Part shown: positions 19,682 through 28,136 of the stretch, piece after piece
How positions within the stretch are numbered: the stretch's first letter is position 1
Layout of the letters: each line of letters begins with the position of its first letter
Origin: Woeseiaceae bacterium
Lineage (GTDB): Bacteria > Pseudomonadota > Gammaproteobacteria > Steroidobacterales > Woeseiaceae
Assembly (NCBI GenBank): GCA_024640365.1
Contig: JAHEFE010000004.1
Location: forward strand, 39,959 to 103,958
Length of the DNA stretch: 64,000 nt
Direction: 5' to 3'
Made by a program: the position numbers and the translations under genes
The notes under the pieces: generated by a model
What the model was told of the DNA's origin: nothing
What the model saw: the letters and a program-made list of their open reading frames with translations, nothing else
Databases searched by the model: none

Positions 19682-21607
19682 ATGCCTGCGAAAAATAGCA
19701 AAGTTTCAGTAGTGAGCAAGCCGGCGATGGCAATAAACGAACATGTCGTCGAAATTATCAGTGATTCAGGCGAGGGCGCGCAGAAATGCGGGCAATCATT
19801 CGCCTCCATTGCAGCGAAAATGGGCAATGGAATCTGGACCGTTGAAATCATACCGGCCGAAATTCAACCCCCTGCGCGCAGTATCGAAGGTGCCAGCGGC
19901 AACCGTATACGGCTAGCCGCCGATAGGGTCACCAATGGTGGCGATAAAGCGAATTTGATGGTGGCGTTTAATGAGCAGGTTTTGCTCGGCAGATTGCATG
20001 CTGACGAACTCGCCGACGGCGCTATCATTTTACTCGAGAGCAAGTGGCGCACTGATCCGAATGCGGCTGTCGCAAAGTCATACAGCAATGTGTATGAGCG
20101 TCTTGTGGCTGATGGCTTCAAGCCCATCGAAGTGCCAATGGAGACAGAGTGTCTAAAACTGGTCGCGGATGCACGGCGCGGCAAAAACATGTTCGTACTT
20201 GGTTTGCTGTGCAGTATTTATAGCCTTGATATGCAATTGGCTCGTGATCAAATCAGCACAATCTTTAAAAAGAAGAGCGCAAAGATTATCTCGGCCAATC
20301 ATAGTTTACTGGAGGCTGGTTACGATTGGGCGGAAGCCAATCTAGATATCAAGTTTAAGATTCCGACTACTCCGGCTAAGGAACCGCATATCGTCATCAA
20401 TGGCAATACGGCGCTTGGTCTCGGTGTGATGGCATCGGGTATGGAAGTCTGCGCGATGTACCCGATTACTCCTGCGACGTCCGCATCGCATTACTTAAGC
20501 GATGTATTCAAGAATGTCGGTGGAGTAGTACATCAGGCGGAAGACGAGATAGCGGCATGTGCCTTTGCCATTGGTTCATCCTATGCCGGCAAGTGCGCCG
20601 TAACAATTACCTCAGGCCCAGGCTACTCACTGAAGCAAGAGTGTATTGGTCTTGCGGTCATGGCTGAGATCCCACTAGTCGTAATTAACGTGCAACGTGG
20701 TGGCCCGTCGACCGGGCAACCGACCAAGCCCGAACAGGGCGATATGTTGACTGCCGTATTTGGCAGTCATGGTGATGCTCCGAAAGTTGTGATGGCAGCC
20801 ACAGACATTGAAGACTGTTTCTACTCAGTCATTACAGCAAGGCGCATCGCCGAAACATTCAATACGGTTGTCGTGCTGCTTTCAGATGCGGGTCTGGCTA
20901 CGGCACAGCAACCTTGTCCGCGCCCAGAGTTCAGTGAGGATTGGTTGGCGCCACCCATTGACCAGAGCCCGGTTGAAGACGGACGTCTGGCATATGACTG
21001 GCAATTGCAGACGGGCAGGGTTAACCGAATCATTCCGGGGCAACCCAATGGCATGCACACGGTAACGGGTTTGGCGCACGACAGACGAAGCTGTGTTGCC
21101 TATAACCTAACCGTAAACAAAGAGGGCGTGCGAAATCGCAGCCTTAAGCTCGCTGCATTGCAAAAGACTTTAAAGACCCCGCCTGTATTTGGTGACGACA
21201 CCGGCGAGTTACTGGTGGTGGGCTGGGGCAGCACCAAGGGAGCAATCGAAGAGGCGGTACAGCGAGTCCGCAACGATGGTTACAGCGTTTCGTCCCTGCA
21301 CTTGAGATTCATTCAACCCATGGCATCGGGCATCAAGGAAATTCTGCAACGCTTCGACAAGGTTTTGTGCGTTGAGAATAACTGGTCAGATGATATGGAG
21401 GACGACCTGATTACCGAGGACAACCGGCGGTACTCAAACCTGGCATGGCTACTAAGGGCACGCAGCCTGGTAGACATCGATTGCTGGGGCGAGGTGGGCG
21501 AACAACCAATCAAACCTGGAACAGTTGAACGCGTAATTCGTGATCGCCTCGCTCCAAGAGCGATTAACAAAACTGCCCCGAACAGGGCAGCTGCAGGCAG
21601 GCATTAA
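19682..21607 (+). CDS. korA: 2-oxoacid:ferredoxin (acceptor) oxidoreductase subunit alpha (gamma-alpha fusion)
   Basis: 641 aa. Contains GEGAQKCGQ (gamma-like domain) and MYPITPATS...EDEIAA (alpha domain). 11-nt gap to the upstream gene. Confidence 0.85.
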   Translation: MPAKNSKVSVVSKPAMAINEHVVEIISDSGEGAQKCGQSFASIAAKMGNGIWTVEIIPAEIQPPARSIEGASGNRIRLAADRVTNGGDKANLMVAFNEQVLLGRLHADELADGAIILLESKWRTDPNAAVAKSYSNVYERLVADGFKPIEVPMETECLKLVADARRGKNMFVLGLLCSIYSLDMQLARDQISTIFKKKSAKIISANHSLLEAGYDWAEANLDIKFKIPTTPAKEPHIVINGNTALGLGVMASGMEVCAMYPITPATSASHYLSDVFKNVGGVVHQAEDEIAACAFAIGSSYAGKCAVTITSGPGYSLKQECIGLAVMAEIPLVVINVQRGGPSTGQPTKPEQGDMLTAVFGSHGDAPKVVMAATDIEDCFYSVITARRIAETFNTVVVLLSDAGLATAQQPCPRPEFSEDWLAPPIDQSPVEDGRLAYDWQLQTGRVNRIIPGQPNGMHTVTGLAHDRRSCVAYNLTVNKEGVRNRSLKLAALQKTLKTPPVFGDDTGELLVVGWGSTKGAIEEAVQRVRNDGYSVSSLHLRFIQPMASGIKEILQRFDKVLCVENNWSDDMEDDLITEDNRRYSNLAWLLRARSLVDIDCWGEVGEQPIKPGTVERVIRDRLAPRAINKTAPNRAAAGRH

Positions 21608-21619
21608 GAGGAACAGCAC

Positions 21620-22585
21620 ATGGCCGTTCGTGCAACAGATTTACTTTTAAGTTCGGGTGACGAAGAGCATACGCTCGAAGAATACGAAGGACGCATGCCA
21701 CGCTGGTGCACCGGTTGCGGTGACTTGGCGATTCTGGCAGCGGTGCAAAAGCTTTGTCGCGACAAGCAGTTAAACCGTGAAAAAGTGGTATTTGTATCGG
21801 GCATAGGCTGCTCCAGTCGTTTCCCTCACTACATGGGGACCTATGGTTTCCACGGGCTCCATGGACGGGCACTGCCGGTGGCGGAGGGCGTGAAGATGCG
21901 TCGTCCCGACCTGGATGTTTTTGTCAATACCGGCGACGGCGATTGCTGCAGTATCGGCGCCGCGCACTGGATGCATGCTACCCGTTACAACATGAATATG
22001 ACCGTAATGATGCACGACAATAACATCTACGGTTTAACCAAAAAGCAGGCATCACCAACCTCGCCCAAGGGAACTCGTTCAAACACTACTCCTCGAGGCT
22101 CAGACCTGGATGCCTTTGACCCTCTGGCGGCGACATTGGGTATGTCCAACTTGTCGTTTGTGGCCCAGGCGGTCGATTGGATACCGGAGCTCTTATATAA
22201 AATTATCAAGCAAGGTTATGAGCATCGCGGATTTTCCTTTATTCGTATTTTGCAGCGTTGTCCGGAGTTCATGCCGAACCGCTTTGAAGCATGCGTGCAA
22301 GATCCTGACAAACTGTTACTGCTGACTCATAAAAATGGCATTGAACTGAGTCCGGGTTTAGCGAAGGTCTATAAAAACCAGAAAGAACACGATCCTTTGG
22401 ATCTGGTAGGCGCGCAGGAGATTGCTGGCACCAGCGAGCGCGTACCGGTTGGTATTTTGTATCGCAATGACTCCGTTCCCTGCTACGAGGATTTGCGCCA
22501 ACCGACGGAGTTGATTACCCCTCAACTAATCCGTAAGGGTCTCGAAACCGAATTAGACAAGTTCACCATTTGGCCATCTGACTGA
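21620..22585 (+). CDS. korB: 2-oxoacid:ferredoxin oxidoreductase subunit beta (TPP-binding)
   Basis: WCTGCGD, GIGCSSR, GDGDC..IG and NNIYGLTKKQ motifs. 12-nt gap to korA. Confidence 0.9.
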   Translation: MAVRATDLLLSSGDEEHTLEEYEGRMPRWCTGCGDLAILAAVQKLCRDKQLNREKVVFVSGIGCSSRFPHYMGTYGFHGLHGRALPVAEGVKMRRPDLDVFVNTGDGDCCSIGAAHWMHATRYNMNMTVMMHDNNIYGLTKKQASPTSPKGTRSNTTPRGSDLDAFDPLAATLGMSNLSFVAQAVDWIPELLYKIIKQGYEHRGFSFIRILQRCPEFMPNRFEACVQDPDKLLLLTHKNGIELSPGLAKVYKNQKEHDPLDLVGAQEIAGTSERVPVGILYRNDSVPCYEDLRQPTELITPQLIRKGLETELDKFTIWPSD

Positions 22586-22599
22586 AGCGTGTAAAGACT

Positions 22600-24852
22600 A
22601 TGAGCGTTGAATTACAGGAACTTCTGAGCTTTCATCGTACGGGCAAAAACCGGGCATTGAAGGACAAGAAAGAACCGGCATTGAAGTTACGGCCGGCACT
22701 GTTTGCTGATTACAGTCAGCTTTCGAAGTTGCGCTATGACTATCCGTTAGTGCTTTTGGATGAGTCGCGAAACGGTGATCACGTCATTTCGTTGATGGAT
22801 CTCATTAACGAAGTGCTGCGGCTAGTAGTCCCACCTGGCACTCAAGGGACGCGAGTTCGTCAGCAGGTATTAGCCCTCGAACTGAAGATTCGTGAATTAT
22901 TAAGAACCGTTCCACCCAGCAAGCTTGGGGAGTTATGGAGGCGGGCTGAGAAAGACCTCTTGGCACATCAGTCCGATGAAGTAGCTCAACAATTGCAAGA
23001 ATCCTGGGATACGGCATGGGCCGCATTGCGGGTTGATGGGCTTGTAGTTGATTGCGATAGCGAATTACCGGAACAGTTTGTCCGACATTTCTGGAGATGT
23101 GAGGAAGCTCTGAGAACAAAGCGCGGATCGGCTAAAATCGATCGGCTCATACTCAAACTTGGGGATATTCTGACGGTTGATGAGCTAAAGAGTGAAAGCT
23201 CACGTACCCCGCGAAAACTAAGAGACTCGCTCGGTTCGCGCTATCAAGATGCTTTTGATTTCGACATCATGGCAGAACTCCTTAATAGCGCCGCCGCTCC
23301 GGTGCGTCTGCCAGCGCAACGCAAGAAGCGCATCAAGGCTGCGCTCGCGACACTAAAAAGCCAGCATTTCTTCAAGCACTCTGATACAGATGCTAGCGCC
23401 GGCCAATACGGCTTCCAGTATCGATCTGTAAGCGCTGCAATGGCGGCATGGTATGAGCGATTGCCGGATTTGGTGGCGTTGAATAACGCGATTGCGGTCG
23501 CTGAGCTTGAAATTGACAATCGATATTGTGAAACACGGCACGATTTGTATCTTGGCAGGTTGGGTGCGCACGCATTAAGTCCCGCCGATTTGGCGTTCTT
23601 CCCCAGTTACTTAGTGTCATTGTCTGAAAGGGATCTGGATAGCGGGGAGCAGGCAATATTGATGGATGCATTGTCATCTGATTTGCCACTCAAGATTTTA
23701 CTGCGGGTTAACGATATTCTCGGCAGTCCATCGCCGGTCGATGCGCAACTGCACAATGGTGTTCGCGGGCAACAATTTGCCGCGATGACCGTGGGTCTGA
23801 ACGATGCATTTGTGGTCCAGGGCAGCAGCTCAAATCTCTATCATGAGCAAGCTGCTGTAGAGCGCGGCATTAACTTCGGAGGGCCGGCTCTTTTCAGCAT
23901 ATACGCCGGTTCGTGCAATATGCCTGCCGATTTACCGGTTTATTTGTCGACAGCCGCGGCAATAGAGTCGCGAGCATTCCCTGCTTACAGTTACGATCCG
24001 TCGGCCGCAGGCGGTTTGGCATGTCGCTATGACATCGAAGCCAATCCGCAACTTGAAGCACAGTGGGTGGCCCACGAATTCATTTACGAAGACGAAGCGC
24101 TGCAACGGGTCACTGAAACGTTGGCATTCACGATGCTCGATTTCGCCACGCTGGATGTTCGTTATGCGGACTATTTTGCCGACGTTCCGAAAGATAGTTG
24201 GCACGAAAACATGCGTCCTGCAGTCGAGTATCTGGAATTGGCGGAACAAGAGCGCCAGGAGCTTGTGCCATATGTCGTCATGATAGACGACAAGAATTGT
24301 CTTCACCGTCTGGTGGTGGACGATATGCTGATCCGGGTAGCCGCCCGTTGCGCGCAGAATTGGGATACCTTGCGCGAGTTTGGCGGAATCAATAATTCGT
24401 ACGCACAAGCCGCGGCCGAGCGGGTTAGCCAACATATGGCGGCTGAAAAAGAGCAGGCCCTGGAGGATTTGCGTGCACAGCTAGCCAGTCGTCCGGGCGT
24501 TGCAACGTCTGGCTCAGCCCCCGCTGCACTGGCACGCGAACCTGAGCAGGACGTAGCATCGGTTGCGGTCGAGACTATAGAACCCGAGCTTGAGGATGCT
24601 GATCCGGAAGGGGCGTACATCGAAACCCCGCGTTGCACGACGTGCGATGAATGTACTGCTCGAAATGCACGCATGTTTGCGTACGACGAGAATAAGCAGG
24701 CGTACATTGCGGATTTGACGGCGGGTACTTATCGCGACCTGGTTGAGGCGGCTGAAAACTGTCAGGTAGCCATCATTCATCCAGGTAAGCCGCTGGATCC
24801 GAAAGAAGCGGGATTGGAGGATCTGCTTGCCAGGGCAGCCGATTTTAGTTAG
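22600..24852 (+). CDS. Large orphan protein with C-terminal single-cluster ferredoxin domain
   Basis: 750-aa ORF, 14 nt after korB. The last about 90 aa read ETPRCTTCDECTARNARMFAYDENKQAYI...AENCQVAIIHPG, the CxxCxxC...C pattern of small [4Fe-4S]/[3Fe-4S] ferredoxins. I do not recognise the first about 650 aa. Confidence 0.75.
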   Translation: MSVELQELLSFHRTGKNRALKDKKEPALKLRPALFADYSQLSKLRYDYPLVLLDESRNGDHVISLMDLINEVLRLVVPPGTQGTRVRQQVLALELKIRELLRTVPPSKLGELWRRAEKDLLAHQSDEVAQQLQESWDTAWAALRVDGLVVDCDSELPEQFVRHFWRCEEALRTKRGSAKIDRLILKLGDILTVDELKSESSRTPRKLRDSLGSRYQDAFDFDIMAELLNSAAAPVRLPAQRKKRIKAALATLKSQHFFKHSDTDASAGQYGFQYRSVSAAMAAWYERLPDLVALNNAIAVAELEIDNRYCETRHDLYLGRLGAHALSPADLAFFPSYLVSLSERDLDSGEQAILMDALSSDLPLKILLRVNDILGSPSPVDAQLHNGVRGQQFAAMTVGLNDAFVVQGSSSNLYHEQAAVERGINFGGPALFSIYAGSCNMPADLPVYLSTAAAIESRAFPAYSYDPSAAGGLACRYDIEANPQLEAQWVAHEFIYEDEALQRVTETLAFTMLDFATLDVRYADYFADVPKDSWHENMRPAVEYLELAEQERQELVPYVVMIDDKNCLHRLVVDDMLIRVAARCAQNWDTLREFGGINNSYAQAAAERVSQHMAAEKEQALEDLRAQLASRPGVATSGSAPAALAREPEQDVASVAVETIEPELEDADPEGAYIETPRCTTCDECTARNARMFAYDENKQAYIADLTAGTYRDLVEAAENCQVAIIHPGKPLDPKEAGLEDLLARAADFS

Positions 24853-24884
24853 CTGCATTTACGCGCTAGAGCGAGCGCAGGTAA

Positions 24885-25619
24885 TTAATGCTTGGTGGGT
24901 CCGTTGCTGCTTGCGTGGCGGGCGATCTGAGTGAGCGCTTCCATATCCATCAGGTAGATGAGCCTGCGTTTAACCTTGATAAGACCCTCTTTCTGCATTT
25001 TTGTCAGCAGGCGGCTTGCGGTCTCAACGGTGAATCCCAGGTAGCTCGCAATTTCCTGTCGTGACATGGCAAGATCTAATTCGTAGGGCGGTCGACCTTG
25101 ACGTTCTTGCCGCCGCGACAGGTCGAGTAAAAATGCCGACATGCGCTGTTCGGCCGGAGCGCCATCCGGGAACAGCAGGTTTATTGAAAACTCCCGGCTC
25201 ATCAAGTGCATCAATGACGTTTGTAGGCTCGGTAGTCTTACGGCGAGGTTCATAAGTTCTTGGTAAGGCAATACACAGACCGAGCAAGTTTGGACGATGG
25301 CGGCATTACAGCGATGTTGCTCAGGATAAATGGCGTCGAACCCGAGCAGGTCTCCTGTCATGTGGAAGCCGTGTACCTGTTCTTCACCGCTGGCATCCGT
25401 TGTGTAACTTTTTACGCAGCCTGTACGCACGGCGTAGACCGCCGTGAACTTATCGCCAACCTGGAACAGATGGCTACCGATTGGCAGGTTCTCAGCATGA
25501 CGAACCAATCCATGGAGTTGTTCGAGATCGATAGGTGTCAATCCATGTTGCCAGCACAATTCGTTGAGTGTGCATGTAGAACAGGCGGTGCGTAACTGGC
25601 CGGATGTCAGACTGTCCAA
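24885..25619 (-). CDS. fnr: FNR/ANR-type oxygen-sensing Crp-family regulator
   Basis: N-terminal CSTCTLNELC (Cx2Cx5C) plus a central Cys (QTCSVC), as in E. coli FNR Cys20/23/29/122. cNMP-like beta-barrel and C-terminal HTH (SRQEIASYLGFTVETASRLL). Confidence 0.85.
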   Translation of the reverse strand: MDSLTSGQLRTACSTCTLNELCWQHGLTPIDLEQLHGLVRHAENLPIGSHLFQVGDKFTAVYAVRTGCVKSYTTDASGEEQVHGFHMTGDLLGFDAIYPEQHRCNAAIVQTCSVCVLPYQELMNLAVRLPSLQTSLMHLMSREFSINLLFPDGAPAEQRMSAFLLDLSRRQERQGRPPYELDLAMSRQEIASYLGFTVETASRLLTKMQKEGLIKVKRRLIYLMDMEALTQIARHASSNGPTKH

Positions 25620-25862
25620 GGCGTGCCCTCTATAGATGCTACGTAGATACCATCTGCGGCAGGACTGAGCAATCGTGGAGGATACCTACGGTTAGCCGCA
25701 TATTTCCTGCCTTTCAGGCCGCCTGCGCCGATGTCGACGGTACAATGAGCTGCCCTTTGATCGAACAAACAGGATGTGAACTTGTCTACACTGAGGAAGG
25801 CGGCGTCGTAATTCGTTAGAATACTGTTGTAGCAGAGAATTCAGGGCCATTGGAGATGTGTA

Positions 25863-26204
25863 ATGACTGGTATTGGTGCTTCCCATGATGACGATTCGAG
25901 AGAATCTGACGCGCGGAATAGTAGGTTAGAGCAAAATCTGAAATCCAGATCTACCTGGGTTCGGTTGCTGTACATGGCGTTGTTTGGCTTTTTGCTTTGG
26001 ATAGCGGGTTTCGTGTTATTTGCCGTAGTCATTATTCAGTTTGTTTGGCGTATTGTTGAAACCAAATCCAACGAGCGCCTTCTGCAATTGGGAAGAAGTC
26101 TCGCCAGATATTTCGAGGAAGTGATTCGCTTTTTGACCTTTAATACTGAAGAATTGCCGTTCCCCATCGATCGCGACTGGCCCGGCAGCGATCTTGGCGA
26201 ATAA
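25863..26204 (+). CDS. Small membrane protein (DUF4389-like)
   Basis: 113 aa. TWVRLLYMALFGFLLWIAGFVLFAVVIIQF forms a two-TM core. Confidence 0.5.
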   Translation: MTGIGASHDDDSRESDARNSRLEQNLKSRSTWVRLLYMALFGFLLWIAGFVLFAVVIIQFVWRIVETKSNERLLQLGRSLARYFEEVIRFLTFNTEELPFPIDRDWPGSDLGE

Positions 26205-26242
26205 GACTGCCCCACCGTGTGTTCATTTATTGAGATAGGTGC

Positions 26243-26716
26243 ATGAAGCAGCCTGTCGCACTCAAAGCATGGAATAGATTGAAAGCCAGCGGTCCGGGCC
26301 GTTGGCTTTTTTCACGCTTTGTATGTTTCAAAGCGCCGTATTTTTCGTCGATTTCGCCATTGTTTTTGAGGCTTGAAACGGGCATTGCTGTCGTATCAAT
26401 AAAGAAGCGACACAAGGTCAAGAACCATATTGGAACGATTCATGCTATTGCAATGGCCAATCTTTGCGAAATAGCGGCCGGTACAGTTATGGAGGCATCG
26501 CTGCCGTTAACCATGCGCTGGATTCCTAAGGGGATGACCATTCAATATCTGGCCAAGGCCGAATCGACGGTAACCGTGACTGCGAAGATGGAGGCTGTAG
26601 CGCACGGCGATCCACGCGACATCATAGTGGACTGCAGCGTTAAAGACGTAAATGGCAAAGAAGTCGTACACGCGGATATTTGTATGTACGTTACGCCGCG
26701 ACCGACCGCAGCCTGA
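26243..26716 (+). CDS. Hotdog-fold thioesterase-like protein (PaaI/DUF4442-like)
   Basis: 157 aa. NHIGTIHAIAMANLCEIAAG...RWIPKGMTIQYLAKA pattern. Confidence 0.6.
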   Translation: MKQPVALKAWNRLKASGPGRWLFSRFVCFKAPYFSSISPLFLRLETGIAVVSIKKRHKVKNHIGTIHAIAMANLCEIAAGTVMEASLPLTMRWIPKGMTIQYLAKAESTVTVTAKMEAVAHGDPRDIIVDCSVKDVNGKEVVHADICMYVTPRPTAA

Positions 26717-26828
26717 ATTCCGTTTTCCAACTTCTTGATTCAACCATGAGCCTAACAATACCCCGTCAACAGCGATCGCCAACCATAGATATGGTCGACA
26801 ATCGCTGCAGAGTAATTGATTAAGTTAG

Positions 26829-28136
26829 CTAGTTGAAAGCGGGCGGCCTGTCCGAATCCAGTTTCAGATATCGATCACGCAAGAGTGTCTGCCGGGTGGT
26901 CATTGGCACTGCATGACCGTCGATATATACCGCATCCGGATAGTTGGTCAGCTCCAGCGGATCGCCGCTCCAAATAACAAAATCGGCTGCCTTTCCTTTC
27001 TCCAGACTACCTAGTTGATTGTCGACACCGAATAGCCTTGCAGGGGTAAGCGTAATGGCTTCGAGCGCGGCGATCCACGGTAAACCATGAGCAACTGCAT
27101 TGCCGGCGTATTGTGTGATGTTACGGGCATTTCGCGTCTGGCCATCCGCATCCCCATCAGAGAATGCAATAACGACACCGGCTTTGGCCAGAATAGCGGC
27201 TGCATCCTTGGAGGCGTTGAGCGCGTCAAATGAGGCGGGCAAATTGCGCAAGGGGTTGACGATGACCGCTATTTTCGCGGCGGCCAATTGTTCGGCAACC
27301 ATCCAGGCTTCGGCACCACCGTGGATGATGACGCGTAACCGGTATTTGTGGGCAAGCGCTATCAAGATCTCGATATCGCTGGCGCGGTCAACATTGACGA
27401 TCAGCGGAAGTGTGCCTTGCAAAGCTGGCTGCAGGGCTTCCAGGTCTGCGCGGCTTAGTGAATAGCTGCGACGGGCCGCTCGATCGTAGTCTTCGCGGTG
27501 CTTGGCATAATCGCGCGCATCATCAAGAGCAGTCGTCAAGGTTTGCAAAGCCGCGGCACGTGATCCACCGGTAAGTGAGCCTCCACCGGCGCCCAGGTTA
27601 ACCACCATGGCGGCACCTCGGCGGGTCAGGTAGTTGGCATCCGTATCGAGATCAACCACAGCAGCGAGGCCTGAAAATATCTGACTTTGATAGCGGGGGT
27701 CGTCGGAATATCCAGCAACCGGCGCAATCAACGCGCGTGTAATTCCTTCGACCCTATTTACGCCAATCACGGCGGACCGTCTGTTGTAGGCATCGGCCAC
27801 ATCAAAGCTCGCTGAAAAGTCTCCGCCGCGTTGTATCTTGTCTACAGTTGCGTCGACGGCGGGGATCTCGACCAGTCCAAGGGCACTGAAGGGGACGAAA
27901 AGTCCCGGTGTCACTATTTTTCCAGCCGCATCAATGACCGTTGCACCTGCAGGTAGTTCGACTTTGGCACCGACCGCTCGGATGCGGCCATCCTCAATCA
28001 GCAGCGTGCCGTTTTCGATGACGCCCTGGGGTCCCATCGTATATATCCTGGCGCCTGTGACCAGTGTGGTCGCGGCTACCCCTGTATCGGTCCAGAAAGC
28101 GATGATGAGCGTCATGCTGGCTATCAGGATTCTCAT
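26829..28136 (-). CDS. Exported amidohydrolase-fold protein lacking the HxH metal motif
   Basis: 435 aa with signal peptide MRILIASMTLIIAFWTDTGVAA. It has the amidohydrolase N-terminal beta-sandwich pattern (LLIEDGRIRAVG...VIDAAGKIVTPGL). Where HxH is expected it reads FVPFSALG. ATGA overlap with the upstream gene. Confidence 0.7.
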   Translation of the reverse strand: MRILIASMTLIIAFWTDTGVAATTLVTGARIYTMGPQGVIENGTLLIEDGRIRAVGAKVELPAGATVIDAAGKIVTPGLFVPFSALGLVEIPAVDATVDKIQRGGDFSASFDVADAYNRRSAVIGVNRVEGITRALIAPVAGYSDDPRYQSQIFSGLAAVVDLDTDANYLTRRGAAMVVNLGAGGGSLTGGSRAAALQTLTTALDDARDYAKHREDYDRAARRSYSLSRADLEALQPALQGTLPLIVNVDRASDIEILIALAHKYRLRVIIHGGAEAWMVAEQLAAAKIAVIVNPLRNLPASFDALNASKDAAAILAKAGVVIAFSDGDADGQTRNARNITQYAGNAVAHGLPWIAALEAITLTPARLFGVDNQLGSLEKGKAADFVIWSGDPLELTNYPDAVYIDGHAVPMTTRQTLLRDRYLKLDSDRPPAFN

